Assembly: GCF_937873925.1 (NCBI RefSeq)
Contig: NZ_CALNAT010000256.1
Location: forward strand, 327 to 64,326
Reading direction: 5' to 3'
From: an uncultured Proteiniphilum sp.
Lineage (GTDB): Bacteria > Bacteroidota > Bacteroidia > Bacteroidales > Dysgonomonadaceae
DNA: 64,000 nt
Shown here piece by piece: positions 19,438 through 29,640 of the stretch (the stretch's first letter is position 1; each line of letters opens with the position of its first letter). The position numbers were made by a program, and so were the translations under genes. The notes under the pieces are model-generated. The model did not search any database. It was not told the origin of the DNA and was given only the letters and a program-made list of their open reading frames with translations.

Positions 19438-21594
19438 TTACTCTTCCTTTTCCTGTGCTTCGTATGCTTTCAGCAGTTTTTCCTGCACATCGGAAGGTAC
19501 TAATTCATAGCTCGAGAATTTCATGGAGAAAGAAGCCCTTCCCCCGGAGATCGAACTCAGCGATGTAGAGTAGGAGCTCATCTCTTTCAGGGGCACCTTC
19601 GCCTTCAGTTTTTCGAATCCTTTTTCACTTTCCATACCCATGATCATGGCGCGGCGTCCCTGCAGGTCGCTCATCACATCACCCATATATTCACCCGGTA
19701 CGGAAACTGTTACATCGTAGACAGGTTCGAGGATCTTGGGACCTGCGTTTTTGAAAGCGGTACTGAACGCATTACGTCCTGCGAGCATAAAAGAGATTTC
19801 ATTGGAATCCACAGGGTGCATCTTTCCGTCATACACGATCACGCGTACGTCGCGAGCATACGATCCGGTAAGGGGGCCCTGCTCCATACGGGCCAGAATC
19901 CCCTTCAGGATAGCGGGCAGGAAGCGGGTATCAATAGCTCCACCCACAATACTGTTTACGAATACCAGTTTACCACCCCAATCCAGGTTAATCTCCTGGG
20001 TGTCGCGGTTCTGTACTTTGTATTCCTGCCCGTTGAACCGGTAAACTTCCGGCACGGTCATCCCTTCGGTATAAGGCTCTACGATAAGATGCACCTCTCC
20101 GAACTGGCCGGCACCACCCGATTGCTTTTTGTGGCGGTAATCGGCACGCGCCGACTTCGTGATGGTTTCGCGGTAAGGAATTTTGGGTTCCAGGAATTCA
20201 ATCTCGATCTTATCATTGTTTTCCAACCGCCATTTCAATGTCCTCAGGTGAAACTCACCTTGTCCGGAAACGATGATCTGTTTCAACTCCTTGGAGTTTT
20301 CCACCAACCAGGTGGGATCTTCCTCTTTCATGCGGGTGAGCGCTTCGCTCAGCTTTTCGGAGTTCGATTCGTTGGCAGCCTTGATCGCCCGGCGGTAACG
20401 GGGTTCCGGATAACGGATGAAGTCGAACTTGTTTTCGGTATCTTTTGCGTTGAGTGTATTTCCTGTACGCACGTCTTTCAGTTTTACCGCTGCGCCGATA
20501 CTGCCGGCCTGTAACTCTTCCGCCTTGTTGCGGATCTGTCCGGCTACGGTATAGAGCTGTACGAGCCGTTCTTTTGAACCGCGGTTAGCGTTGACGAGGT
20601 CGTCCCCTTCTTTTACCGAGCCCGACATTACCTTGAAGTAGGAAACTTCGCCGATATGCGGTTCGACGGTTGTTTTAAAGAAAAAGAGGCTGGTGGGAGC
20701 TGATGCGTCGGGTTTTACTTCTTCACCTTCGCTGTTGAGCGGTGCAGACACATCGGTGGGAGAGGGAGCCACCATGCTCAGGAAGTTCATGATGCGGTGC
20801 ACTGCCATATTTTTTTCGGCTGATGCACAGAAAAGCGGAAAGAGATTTCGGCTGATCATTCCCTTGTGGATACCGTCACGCATCTCTTCTTCGGTAAGGG
20901 AGCCCTGGTCGAAATATTTCTCCATCAGTCCCTCATCGTTTTCGGCTGCGGCTTCGAGCAATGCCTGATAATACTCGCCTGCTTTCTCCTGTTCACTGTC
21001 GGGAATATCCAACACGTCGGGGGCTGTAGCGCCCGGTTTCCATTTGTACAGTTTTTGCTTCAACACATCTATGATTCCGTCGAAAGAACCGCCGCTACCG
21101 GTAGGATATTGTACCGGCACTACTTTGTTACCGTATTGTTCTTTCAGGCTTGCAAGGGTATTGTCGTAATCTGCTTTCTCATGGTCCATCTGATTCATCA
21201 GGAAAAGAAGCGGCTTATTCAGGTCATCCACATAACGGAGCTGGTTGACGGTACCCACTTCTATCCCGTTGGCGGCATCGATCAGCATCAGCGCCATATC
21301 CGTAACATTCAGGGCGGAAACAACTCCTCCCACAAAATCATCCGAGCCGGGACAATCGATAAAATTCATCAGTTTCTCTTTCCACTCATATGAAAAAACA
21401 GTAGAGAAGACAGAATATCCATATTCCTTTTCTACGGGAAAATAGTCACTCACGGTATTTTTTCCATCTACCGTACCGCGTCGTTTTATAAGACCACACT
21501 CGAAAAGCATGGCTTCTGCGAGAGTGGTCTTACCTGAGCCTTTATTGCCAAGGAGGGCAATATTCCTAATTTCGTTTGTTTTATAAACTTTCAT
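19438..21594 (-). CDS. Elongation factor G paralog (translational GTPase)
   Basis: 718 aa with a divergent G1 motif (GNKGSGKTT), DCPG and NQMD GTPase motifs, and EF-G domains II-V. Confidence 0.85.
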   Translation of the reverse strand: MKVYKTNEIRNIALLGNKGSGKTTLAEAMLFECGLIKRRGTVDGKNTVSDYFPVEKEYGYSVFSTVFSYEWKEKLMNFIDCPGSDDFVGGVVSALNVTDMALMLIDAANGIEVGTVNQLRYVDDLNKPLLFLMNQMDHEKADYDNTLASLKEQYGNKVVPVQYPTGSGGSFDGIIDVLKQKLYKWKPGATAPDVLDIPDSEQEKAGEYYQALLEAAAENDEGLMEKYFDQGSLTEEEMRDGIHKGMISRNLFPLFCASAEKNMAVHRIMNFLSMVAPSPTDVSAPLNSEGEEVKPDASAPTSLFFFKTTVEPHIGEVSYFKVMSGSVKEGDDLVNANRGSKERLVQLYTVAGQIRNKAEELQAGSIGAAVKLKDVRTGNTLNAKDTENKFDFIRYPEPRYRRAIKAANESNSEKLSEALTRMKEEDPTWLVENSKELKQIIVSGQGEFHLRTLKWRLENNDKIEIEFLEPKIPYRETITKSARADYRHKKQSGGAGQFGEVHLIVEPYTEGMTVPEVYRFNGQEYKVQNRDTQEINLDWGGKLVFVNSIVGGAIDTRFLPAILKGILARMEQGPLTGSYARDVRVIVYDGKMHPVDSNEISFMLAGRNAFSTAFKNAGPKILEPVYDVTVSVPGEYMGDVMSDLQGRRAMIMGMESEKGFEKLKAKVPLKEMSSYSTSLSSISGGRASFSMKFSSYELVPSDVQEKLLKAYEAQEKEE

Positions 21595-21612
21595 GATTAG
21601 AAATTATTATAA

Positions 21613-21685
21613 TTATTAATGTGTCAATATGCGAATGTGTCAATGTGACTAATGTGCTAATATGCAAATTGGTCAATTAAGCAAT
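21613..21685. repeat. Nine consecutive NNNNNAAT words immediately 5' of the EF-G paralog start
   Basis: GTGTCAAT|ATGCGAAT|GTGTCAAT|GTGACTAAT|GTGCTAAT|ATGCAAAT|TGGTCAAT|TAAGCAAT. It contains the 15-mer TAATGTGCTAATATG (21650-21664), which is also present at 29647-29661. Confidence 0.8.
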
Positions 21686-21691
21686 CGTATG

Positions 21692-21729
21692 AAAAAAGAC
21701 TTTGCCGCGGTATAAAAACCGGCAAAGTC
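21692..21729 (-). terminator. Orphan intrinsic-terminator-like hairpin in the EF-G-paralog / ATPase divergent region
   Basis: Perfect 10-bp stem GACTTTGCCG (21698-21707) / CGGCAAAGTC (21720-21729). On the minus strand it is followed by TTTTTT (21692-21697). No minus-strand gene lies upstream of it. Confidence 0.55.
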
Positions 21730-22040
21730 ATGCTATCCGAAACGAGCATGATAATCATTATTAAAAAATAACATGATTAATGCGAGTTACATACGACACC
21801 TTAAAAAAATAATTTTAGTCGTATGAAATAGCGCCGCAATATATAAAAAACGTACGACAATCAGTGATTATGCAACTATGTTATATAACATATCCGGAGA
21901 TGTTGTGCGCGGTGGGAGTTGTAAAGGAGAGGGTCTATAATAAGGTAAACATTTTTTTCTGCGGTTTGTTTATTTTGCATACGTTTCAGGAGAGTTACCC
22001 CACATGAAGAAAGCACGGATTATTTTTAAAAAATTAAAAA

Positions 22041-24716
22041 ATGAAGGATCATTATTACAATCTCCCGGTTGAAGAGGTATTGCAGCAATTTGAAGTTTCA
22101 TCAGATAAGGGGCTTTCAGACGATGAAGTGAAAGAGCGGCTTACCCGTTATGGCCCTAACCAGCTCGAATCCCGAAAGCAGAAATCGCTCCTCATGATAT
22201 TCTTTGAACAGTTTAAGAGTATTATGGTGGTTATTCTGCTTGCTGCTGCTATTCTGTCGGGTATGATCGGCGTAATGGAGGGCGAGGGGCTGGTAGAGGC
22301 TTTTGTGATCCTTGCCATATTGGTGATTAATGCGGTGATCGGTACGGTACAGGAGAAAAAAGCGCAATCGTCACTGGAAGCGCTCAACAAGATGAGTTCA
22401 CCCCATTCGAAAGTACTGCGGGGCGGACAGGTAACGGAAATAACATCTACTGAAATTGTTCCTGGCGATGTCGTCGTTTTGGATACCGGCGACATTATCC
22501 CTGCCGATCTGCGGCTCATAGAAGCTGTGAACATGAAAGTGCAGGAATCGGCCCTTACCGGTGAATCGGTACCCGTGGAGAAAAGTGATGATCTGCTGGA
22601 GACCAAAGAACTTCCTCTGGGGGACCGTAACAACATGGCTTTTTCTACCAGTACCGTGACCTATGGACGCGGAAAAGGGATAGTGGTCGGTACCGGAATG
22701 CAGACTGAAGTGGGTAAAATTGCCCATATGCTCCAAAATACTCAGGAAACGGAAACGCCGATGAGTAAACGGCTCGGGCAGCTTGGTAAAGTATTGGGCT
22801 ATGTGGCGCTGGGTATTTGTGCCTTTATTTTTATTATAGGGATCCTCTATGGTAATAACTGGCTGGAAATGTTGATGATGGCTGTCAGCCTGGCGGTAGC
22901 CGCTATTCCCGAAGGATTGCAGATCGTATCTACCATTGTATTGGCCATCGGCGTACAACGTCTTGTGAAGTTGAACGCGATAGTCCGTACGCTTCCTTCG
23001 GTGGAGACATTGGGAAGTACCACCGTGATCTGTTCTGATAAAACGGGTACGCTTACGCAGAATAAAATGACAGTGGTGGAGGGATGGGCCGGAGGTAATC
23101 GCATCGATTTCCGTAATCCTCCGCTTCCCGGAGAACTCGATAGCGATGAACGGATGTTGCTTGAATCGTCCTTGCTCTGCACCGATGCGCATCTGAAGAG
23201 GCTGTCCGGCGTAGAGCATGAAGCTGCCGGGGATCCCACCGAGATTGCCATCGTGGATGCGGCGCTCGCCTTGAAAATGGATAAAAATGAACTTGAAAGC
23301 CGTTTCCCTCGTGTAGATGAGGTGCCGTTCGATTCCGAAAGGAAAAGAATGTCGACTATCAACCGCATGGAGAATGGGAAATTCCGTATAAACCTGAAAG
23401 GGGGACTGGATGAAGTGCTCGCGGTTTCCACACATATTCTGATGCATGGCGTGGTGCGCTCTGTTACGGAGGAAGACAGGGAAACCATAAAAGAAGAAAA
23501 TCACCGGATGGCGCAGTCAGCATTGCGCGTGCTGGCCGTAGCATATAAAGATATTGACGCCGTGCCTACTGAGGTGGATGTGGAAACGGTTGAGAAGGAT
23601 CTTGTTTTCACGGGTCTGCTCGGGATGATCGACCCGGCCCGCCCCGAAGTGGTAGAGGCGGTGAACAAGTGTAGGACGGCCGGCATCCGTCCCGTGATGA
23701 TCACCGGCGACCATAAGGTGACCGCGGTGGCCATTGCCGGTGAGATAGGGATTTATGGTGAAGGAGACAAAGCCGTTACAGGCTCTGATCTGGAGGAGAT
23801 GGACGATAAGGTGCTCTATAATGATGTGGATGCCTATTCCGTGTATGCGCGCGTAGCGCCTGAGCATAAGGTGAGGATAGTGAAGGCCTGGCAATCCCAC
23901 GGAGATATTGTGGCAATGACAGGTGACGGGGTGAATGACGCCCCGGCGCTCAAGCAGGCCGATATCGGCGTGTCGATGGGAGTGGTAGGTACCGAAGTGG
24001 CTAAAGAGGCGTCGGACGTGATCCTGACAGACGATAACTTCGCAACCATTGTGAGCGCCGTAGAAGAGGGGCGCCGCATTTATGACAATATACTGAAAGC
24101 GATACAATTCCTGCTGTCGGCCAATGTGGGGGAAGTGCTGCTTATCTTTATCGCCTCTATTGCCAATATAGGTAATCCGTTAACACCCATTCTTATATTA
24201 TGGATCAATCTGGTGACCGATAGTCTGCCTGCACTGGCATTAAGCATGGACCCCGGGGGGCATGATATTATGACGCGCAAACCGCGGGATCCGAAACAAG
24301 GGTTTTTTACCAAAGGAATGATCTGGAGAATAGGTTACCAGGGCGCTACGGTCGGTCTGATCTCGCTGGCCGCTTATCTCATCGGCTTTAAGGACGGAGG
24401 CCAGCCATTGGGACAAACTATGGCATTTGCCGTACTGGGATTCTCGCAATTACTGCATGTGCGCAACCTGCATTCCAACAAACATTCTTCTTTCCGGACG
24501 GGTATATTTAGTAACAAGTCATTGCTCGGTGCGATCTTCTTATCGGGACTCCTATTGCTTACCGTGCTGGTGATACCCGGCGTGACGGACATCTTCGGCG
24601 TAACGGCAATGGATGCCACTCACTGGCTATATGTGGGACTCCTCTCGCTGGTCCCCATTGTCGTGGTAGAATTGATAAAACTGATGAAGATCAATCATAG
24701 TAAAGACGAATATTAA
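22041..24716 (+). CDS. P-type cation-transporting ATPase (Ca2+-ATPase-like, type IIA)
   Basis: 891 aa. Motifs TGES, the phosphorylation site CSDKTGTLTQN and the hinge TGDGVNDAPALKQADIG, with about 10 TM segments. Confidence 0.92.
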   Translation: MKDHYYNLPVEEVLQQFEVSSDKGLSDDEVKERLTRYGPNQLESRKQKSLLMIFFEQFKSIMVVILLAAAILSGMIGVMEGEGLVEAFVILAILVINAVIGTVQEKKAQSSLEALNKMSSPHSKVLRGGQVTEITSTEIVPGDVVVLDTGDIIPADLRLIEAVNMKVQESALTGESVPVEKSDDLLETKELPLGDRNNMAFSTSTVTYGRGKGIVVGTGMQTEVGKIAHMLQNTQETETPMSKRLGQLGKVLGYVALGICAFIFIIGILYGNNWLEMLMMAVSLAVAAIPEGLQIVSTIVLAIGVQRLVKLNAIVRTLPSVETLGSTTVICSDKTGTLTQNKMTVVEGWAGGNRIDFRNPPLPGELDSDERMLLESSLLCTDAHLKRLSGVEHEAAGDPTEIAIVDAALALKMDKNELESRFPRVDEVPFDSERKRMSTINRMENGKFRINLKGGLDEVLAVSTHILMHGVVRSVTEEDRETIKEENHRMAQSALRVLAVAYKDIDAVPTEVDVETVEKDLVFTGLLGMIDPARPEVVEAVNKCRTAGIRPVMITGDHKVTAVAIAGEIGIYGEGDKAVTGSDLEEMDDKVLYNDVDAYSVYARVAPEHKVRIVKAWQSHGDIVAMTGDGVNDAPALKQADIGVSMGVVGTEVAKEASDVILTDDNFATIVSAVEEGRRIYDNILKAIQFLLSANVGEVLLIFIASIANIGNPLTPILILWINLVTDSLPALALSMDPGGHDIMTRKPRDPKQGFFTKGMIWRIGYQGATVGLISLAAYLIGFKDGGQPLGQTMAFAVLGFSQLLHVRNLHSNKHSSFRTGIFSNKSLLGAIFLSGLLLLTVLVIPGVTDIFGVTAMDATHWLYVGLLSLVPIVVVELIKLMKINHSKDEY

Positions 24717-24794
24717 ATCTTTGCAAAGGCTACTTAAATAATCCTTAAATTGCGCAAATTGCAGTTTTTTGTGCAGTAAATCGAATATTTTTCG

Positions 24795-24802
24795 TATTTT
24801 TG
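24795..24802 (+). promoter_or_regulatory. Candidate -7 box TATTTTTG upstream of oadGAB
   Basis: Exact TAnnTTTG about 96 nt upstream of the oadG ATG. Confidence 0.4.
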
Positions 24803-24897
24803 AAATCCGAAAATTACACTCTTGTGTTAAATCCGCCCTTATCCTTTCAATTTAGTTTTGCTAGGTTATCGTCTTTCGGGCTAAAAAACAGGTATAT

Positions 24898-25164
24898 ATG
24901 GAAAATATGAATACGGCGTTAGGCCTTTTAGTGGTGGGAATGGTGACTGTCTTCATCATTCTCTGTCTGGTTGTGGTGATCGGCAATGTGGTGATTCGTC
25001 TTACGAACCGTTTTATCCCGGTGACAGGTCCGGCAACAGGTAAATCGGGTAACGGTGGTTCTGCAGGAAAGAAAGCACATACCAAAAAGCTTGCCGCCAT
25101 CGTGGCTGCCGTAGATGTGGTGACGCAGGGGCAAGGCAGTGTGGAATCCATAGAGAAAAAATAA
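24898..25164 (+). CDS. oadG: Na+-translocating decarboxylase gamma subunit (OadG-like)
   Basis: 88 aa with a single N-terminal TM helix (LGLLVVGMVTVFIILCLVVVIG). It lies directly upstream of oadA and oadB. Confidence 0.8.
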   Translation: MENMNTALGLLVVGMVTVFIILCLVVVIGNVVIRLTNRFIPVTGPATGKSGNGGSAGKKAHTKKLAAIVAAVDVVTQGQGSVESIEKK

Positions 25165-25183
25165 ATCAAAAAAATATATTCAT

Positions 25184-27100
25184 ATGAGAAAAGAGATTAA
25201 GTTCAGCCTTTTATACAGGGATATGTGGCAATCGTCCGGTAAGTATATTCCTACTGTAAAGCAACTCATGGAGGTCGCTCCCGCGATTGTTGAGATGGGT
25301 TGTTTTGCCCGGGTGGAGACGAACGGCGGCGGATTCGAGCAGATCAACCTGCTGTTCGGGGAGAATCCCAACAAAGCCGTGCGCGAATGGACGCAGCCCT
25401 TTAATGATGCGGGTATACAGACGCATATGCTGGAGCGGGGACTGAACGGAATACGTATGAGCCCGGTACCGGCTGATGTACGCAGGCTGATGTTCCGGGT
25501 GAAGAAAAAACAGGGAACCGATATTGCCCGGTCGTTCGACGGACTGAATGACCCCCGCAACCTTGAGAATTCCATCCAATTTGCCAAAGAGGCGGGGATG
25601 ATCTCCCAGGCTGCGCTTAGTCTGACGGTATCGCCTATTCATACGGTAGAATACTACACTGAGCTGGCCGATACCCTGATCACGATGGGCGCCGATGAGA
25701 TCTGTGTCAAAGATATGGCAGGTGTGGGCCGTCCCGCAAGCATCGGCAAGATCATCAAAAATATCAAACAGCGTCATCCCAATATCCTTGTCCAGTACCA
25801 CGGCCATGCCGGCCCCGGTTTCCAGATGGCCTCCATCCTCGAAGCCGCCTATGCCGGTGCGGAATATATCGATGTGGGCATGGAGCCGCTTTCCTGGGGG
25901 ACAGGCCATGCCGACCTGCTGGCGGTACAGGCCATGCTCAAGGATGCCGGCTTCAAGGTGCCGGAGATCAATATGAAGGCTTATATGAAAGTGCGTTCAC
26001 TCACGCAGAAGTATATAGACGATTTCCTCGGATATTATATAAACCCGAAAAACCGACTGAATAACTCGCTGCTGATCGCTCCCGGATTGCCGGGAGGTAT
26101 GATGGGCAGTCTGATGGCCGACCTGGAAAATAATTTATCTTCCCTTAACAAATGGAAAAATAAGAACGACCAGCCGGAGCTTACCCAGGACGATCTGCTT
26201 ATCAGGCTGTTCGATGAGGTGACCTATGTGTGGCCCAAGATAGGGTATCCACCGCTGGTAACACCGTTCAGTCAGTATGTCAAGAACCTGGCGCTGATGA
26301 ATGTGCTGCAACTCGAGAAAGGCAAAGAGCGCTGGTCGATGATTGCCGACAATATCTGGGACATGATCCTGGGTAAGTCGGGTAAGCTCCCCGGCGAACT
26401 GGCTCCGGAGATCGTGGCAATGGCGAAGCAGCAGGGCCGTGAGTTCTATACCGGCAATCCGCAGGAACTTTATCCTGATCAACTGGACGAGTTCCGCGCC
26501 GAGATGGAGAAAAATAACTGGGATCTGGGGCAGGACGACGAAGAGTTATTCGAGTTGGCTATGCATCCCGAGCAATACAGGGCCTATAAGTCGGGTGAAG
26601 CCAAAAAGTCTTTCGAAGCCGATCTGGCCAGGAGAAAAGCGGAAAAAGAAGCATCGGCGGCTCCCGCGTCTGCAAAAGCGGAAGCAGCCAGCGGCAACGG
26701 ATTCCAACCCAGAACATTAGTCATCAATATTGATGATGAAGAATATATAGTGAATATTTCCTATCCCGAATTGGGAGAAGGAACTTCTCTGCCGCAACCG
26801 TCGCAGGCGACTGCTCCGGTGACGCAGCAGCCTGCCGTAAGTGCCGTGTCACCCTCTTCCAACGGGCAGGCAAAAGAGGTGGTTTCACCGCTGGAAGGAA
26901 AATTCTTTCTCACCAAAGACTCTTCGGAAACTGCGGTCAAGGTAGGAGATACCGTGAAAGAGGGCGATATTATAGGTTACATCGAGTCGATGAAGACCTA
27001 TAATGCCGTGGCCGCCGAAGAGAGCGGTAAAGTGACGGAGATCCGCTTTGCCAACGGCGATGCGGTGGACGAAGATGATGTACTCATTAAAATGGTATAA
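25184..27100 (+). CDS. oadA: Oxaloacetate decarboxylase alpha subunit (carboxyltransferase + biotinyl carrier domain)
   Basis: 638 aa. It has an HMGL-like carboxyltransferase domain, an Ala/Pro/Ser linker and a C-terminal biotinyl domain (EGDIIGYIESMKTYNAV). Confidence 0.88.
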   Translation: MRKEIKFSLLYRDMWQSSGKYIPTVKQLMEVAPAIVEMGCFARVETNGGGFEQINLLFGENPNKAVREWTQPFNDAGIQTHMLERGLNGIRMSPVPADVRRLMFRVKKKQGTDIARSFDGLNDPRNLENSIQFAKEAGMISQAALSLTVSPIHTVEYYTELADTLITMGADEICVKDMAGVGRPASIGKIIKNIKQRHPNILVQYHGHAGPGFQMASILEAAYAGAEYIDVGMEPLSWGTGHADLLAVQAMLKDAGFKVPEINMKAYMKVRSLTQKYIDDFLGYYINPKNRLNNSLLIAPGLPGGMMGSLMADLENNLSSLNKWKNKNDQPELTQDDLLIRLFDEVTYVWPKIGYPPLVTPFSQYVKNLALMNVLQLEKGKERWSMIADNIWDMILGKSGKLPGELAPEIVAMAKQQGREFYTGNPQELYPDQLDEFRAEMEKNNWDLGQDDEELFELAMHPEQYRAYKSGEAKKSFEADLARRKAEKEASAAPASAKAEAASGNGFQPRTLVINIDDEEYIVNISYPELGEGTSLPQPSQATAPVTQQPAVSAVSPSSNGQAKEVVSPLEGKFFLTKDSSETAVKVGDTVKEGDIIGYIESMKTYNAVAAEESGKVTEIRFANGDAVDEDDVLIKMV

Positions 27101-27103
27101 GGC

Positions 27104-28312
27104 ATGAGTGAAATTTTCGCCAGTCTGACCGAAATGACCGGATTCGGTATCCTGGGATGGGATACCGTACTGATGTGGGTGATCGCTTTTGTCTTGTTGT
27201 ATCTCGGTATCTTTAAACAGTATGAACCGCTTCTGCTCGTTCCCATCGGCTTTGGCGTGCTGTTGGCCAACCTGCCCGGCGCAGGGCTCGGCATAGTGGA
27301 TAATGCCCTGGTGCAGCATGCCGACGGTAGTTACATGAACCTGCTTGATATTGCCAACGAGCATGGCATTATGAATTTCCTCTATTACGCGCTGATCAAG
27401 ACCGGTATTTTGCCGCCTATCATCTTTATGGGGGTAGGGGCGCTTACCGATTTCGGGCCGATGCTGCGCAACCTGAAACTCTCTCTGTTCGGCGGAGCGG
27501 CGCAGCTCGGTATCTTCTCGGTATTGATTGCCGCCGTTATCATGGGATTTACGCTGCCTGAAGCCGCTTCCCTTGGAATCATCGGGGGCGCCGACGGTCC
27601 TACGGCCATCTACACCACCATCAAGCTGGCTCCCCATCTGCTGGGTCCCATTGCTATCGCTGCTTATTCCTATATGGCGCTGGTGCCGGTGATCATCCCT
27701 GCAGTGGCTAAGTTGCTGATGACCGAGAAGGAGTTTAAGATCCATATGAAGAAGATGGATAAGCAATATCCGCCCAAACATGATATCAAGCATCTGAAGA
27801 TCGTGAAGATCATTTTCCCTATTGTGCTGGGACTGGTCGTGGCGGTTTTCGTACCCTCTTCCGCCCCGCTACTCGGCATGCTGCTGTTCGGTAATTTAGT
27901 GAAAGAGATCGGTGCCAATACCGGTCGTCTCGCCGAGGCCGCTTCCGGCCCTATCATGAATACGGCCACTATTTTCCTGGGGCTGACCGTAGGCGCTACC
28001 ATGACAGCTGAAGTATTCCTCTCCGGCCAGACGTTGGGTATTATTGTGGGTGGGTTCCTTGCCTTCGCTGTTTCGGTGGCCGGCGGGATTATGGCCGTGA
28101 AAATCACCAATATGTTCTCAAAGAAAAAGATCAATCCCCTTGTGGGCGCCACGGGTTTGAGCGCCGTGCCTATGGCCTCACGCGTAGCCAATGATGTGGC
28201 TTTGAAATACGATAAATCGAATCACATCCTGCAGTACTGTATGGCCAGTAACGTATCCGGCGTGATCGGGTCGGCTGTGGCGGCAGGCGTATTGATCTCG
28301 TTCTTAGGATGA
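27104..28312 (+). CDS. oadB: Na+-translocating decarboxylase beta subunit
   Basis: 402-aa polytopic membrane protein of the OadB/GcdB family. It lies 3 nt downstream of oadA. Confidence 0.9.
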   Translation: MSEIFASLTEMTGFGILGWDTVLMWVIAFVLLYLGIFKQYEPLLLVPIGFGVLLANLPGAGLGIVDNALVQHADGSYMNLLDIANEHGIMNFLYYALIKTGILPPIIFMGVGALTDFGPMLRNLKLSLFGGAAQLGIFSVLIAAVIMGFTLPEAASLGIIGGADGPTAIYTTIKLAPHLLGPIAIAAYSYMALVPVIIPAVAKLLMTEKEFKIHMKKMDKQYPPKHDIKHLKIVKIIFPIVLGLVVAVFVPSSAPLLGMLLFGNLVKEIGANTGRLAEAASGPIMNTATIFLGLTVGATMTAEVFLSGQTLGIIVGGFLAFAVSVAGGIMAVKITNMFSKKKINPLVGATGLSAVPMASRVANDVALKYDKSNHILQYCMASNVSGVIGSAVAAGVLISFLG

Positions 28313-28438
28313 TAAAGAACGGCTAACAGAAATAAGGAACGTTTTCGTTAAGCAATACGGGTAGAAAGCAAACTTGTTTACAGTATGCCGTTGCGAGAAA
28401 TAGTCTGATTGTAATGAAATTATTATGCGGTGTGCGGC

Positions 28439-29638
28439 TTACGGGCCGCACACTTCTTGAATGGCCTCCGCGATCAGCGGGACGCCCCGCCGGATAGTTT
28501 CTTCATCGGTATTGCAGAACGATACCCGCATAAAATCATTTTTAACCCCATCGGGATCGAAGGTCTTCCCGGTCACGAAAACCACCCCTTTCTCAATCGC
28601 TCTTTTCAGTACAGCGGTAGAGTCGCTGCCTTCGGGTAACCGCAGCCAGGTATAGAATCCGCCGCGCGGCTTTTCGAAAGTCACATACGCCGGCAGGAAC
28701 GCCTCCAGCGCCCCGATCATGGCCAGTCCGCGCTTTTTGTACTCTTTCCTTATATTTGCCGTATAATCGTATATTTCTTCCCGCCGGATAAATTTATCGG
28801 CGATCATTTGCGAAATGCTGGGCGAACAGGCGTCGATCGATTGTTTGATCAACTCGCATTTCCGGTAGATCCCGTCCGGCACCAGCATCCATCCCAGACG
28901 CAATCCCGGTCCCAGTATCTTGGAGAACGATCCGGTATAGCAGACATCGATTCCCTCCGGATCTGCCGCTTTCATCAGTTGCATTTCCTGTATATCTTCT
29001 TCATAGAAATAGAGTTCGCTGTAGGCGTCATCCTCGATCACGGGGATTTCCCGGCCTTTCAGCAGGTTCGTCATCTCTTGCTTCACCTTCCGAGAGTAGA
29101 TGATCCCGGCGGGATTATGAAAATTGGGCGTATAGTAAAGGAATTTTGGCGCGGGTAAGGTAGTCTCGAGCCTCCTTTTGAGTTGTTCGATATCCATCCC
29201 GTCCCCGTTCAGCGGGACGGAAATCAGGTTCGCCTGGCAGGAGCGGAAAGCAGAAAGCGCTCCGATAAAGCCGGGGGTCTCCACCAAAACCGGATCTCCG
29301 GGATCAATAAACGCCTTTGCCAAGATGTAAATGGCCTGCAACGATCCCGTAGTGATCATCAGCCGGTTGCTTTTTACCGGCAATCCCTTCTTTTCGAGAT
29401 AGTCCGACAGCGATTCCAATAGCGAGGGTAATCCCGTGGTTGGTCCGTACTGTAAGGCTATTTGCTTCTCCTTTTCGGTAAGCGATTGATAGATCCGGTC
29501 GATGGTCTCGAGCGGGAATAACTCATTTCCCGGCATACCGCCGGCAAAAGAGATCATATCGGGAGCCGTCGCGAGGCTCATCAGGTCACGTATCTCCGAA
29601 GAGCGAAGATCTGTCACACTATTTGCAAATCGGGGCAT
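28439..29638 (-). CDS. PLP-dependent aminotransferase (class I/II, 2-aminoadipate/aromatic aminotransferase-like)
   Basis: 399 aa with the PLP-lysine context SFSKILGPGLRLGWM. It lies downstream of, and co-directional with, iorAB-paaK-ACT. Confidence 0.85.
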   Translation of the reverse strand: MPRFANSVTDLRSSEIRDLMSLATAPDMISFAGGMPGNELFPLETIDRIYQSLTEKEKQIALQYGPTTGLPSLLESLSDYLEKKGLPVKSNRLMITTGSLQAIYILAKAFIDPGDPVLVETPGFIGALSAFRSCQANLISVPLNGDGMDIEQLKRRLETTLPAPKFLYYTPNFHNPAGIIYSRKVKQEMTNLLKGREIPVIEDDAYSELYFYEEDIQEMQLMKAADPEGIDVCYTGSFSKILGPGLRLGWMLVPDGIYRKCELIKQSIDACSPSISQMIADKFIRREEIYDYTANIRKEYKKRGLAMIGALEAFLPAYVTFEKPRGGFYTWLRLPEGSDSTAVLKRAIEKGVVFVTGKTFDPDGVKNDFMRVSFCNTDEETIRRGVPLIAEAIQEVCGP

Positions 29639-29640
29639 AG

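Noticed and set aside
21685-21694. TCGTATGAAA occurs four times on the plus strand (21685, 21820, 63689, 63824), each time opening an ATG
   Set aside because: One copy is the real DoxX start context. The other three open ORFs of only 2-8 codons. The word is A/T-rich and sits in A/T-rich intergenic DNA. I cannot separate a start-context preference from chance without a genome-wide count.
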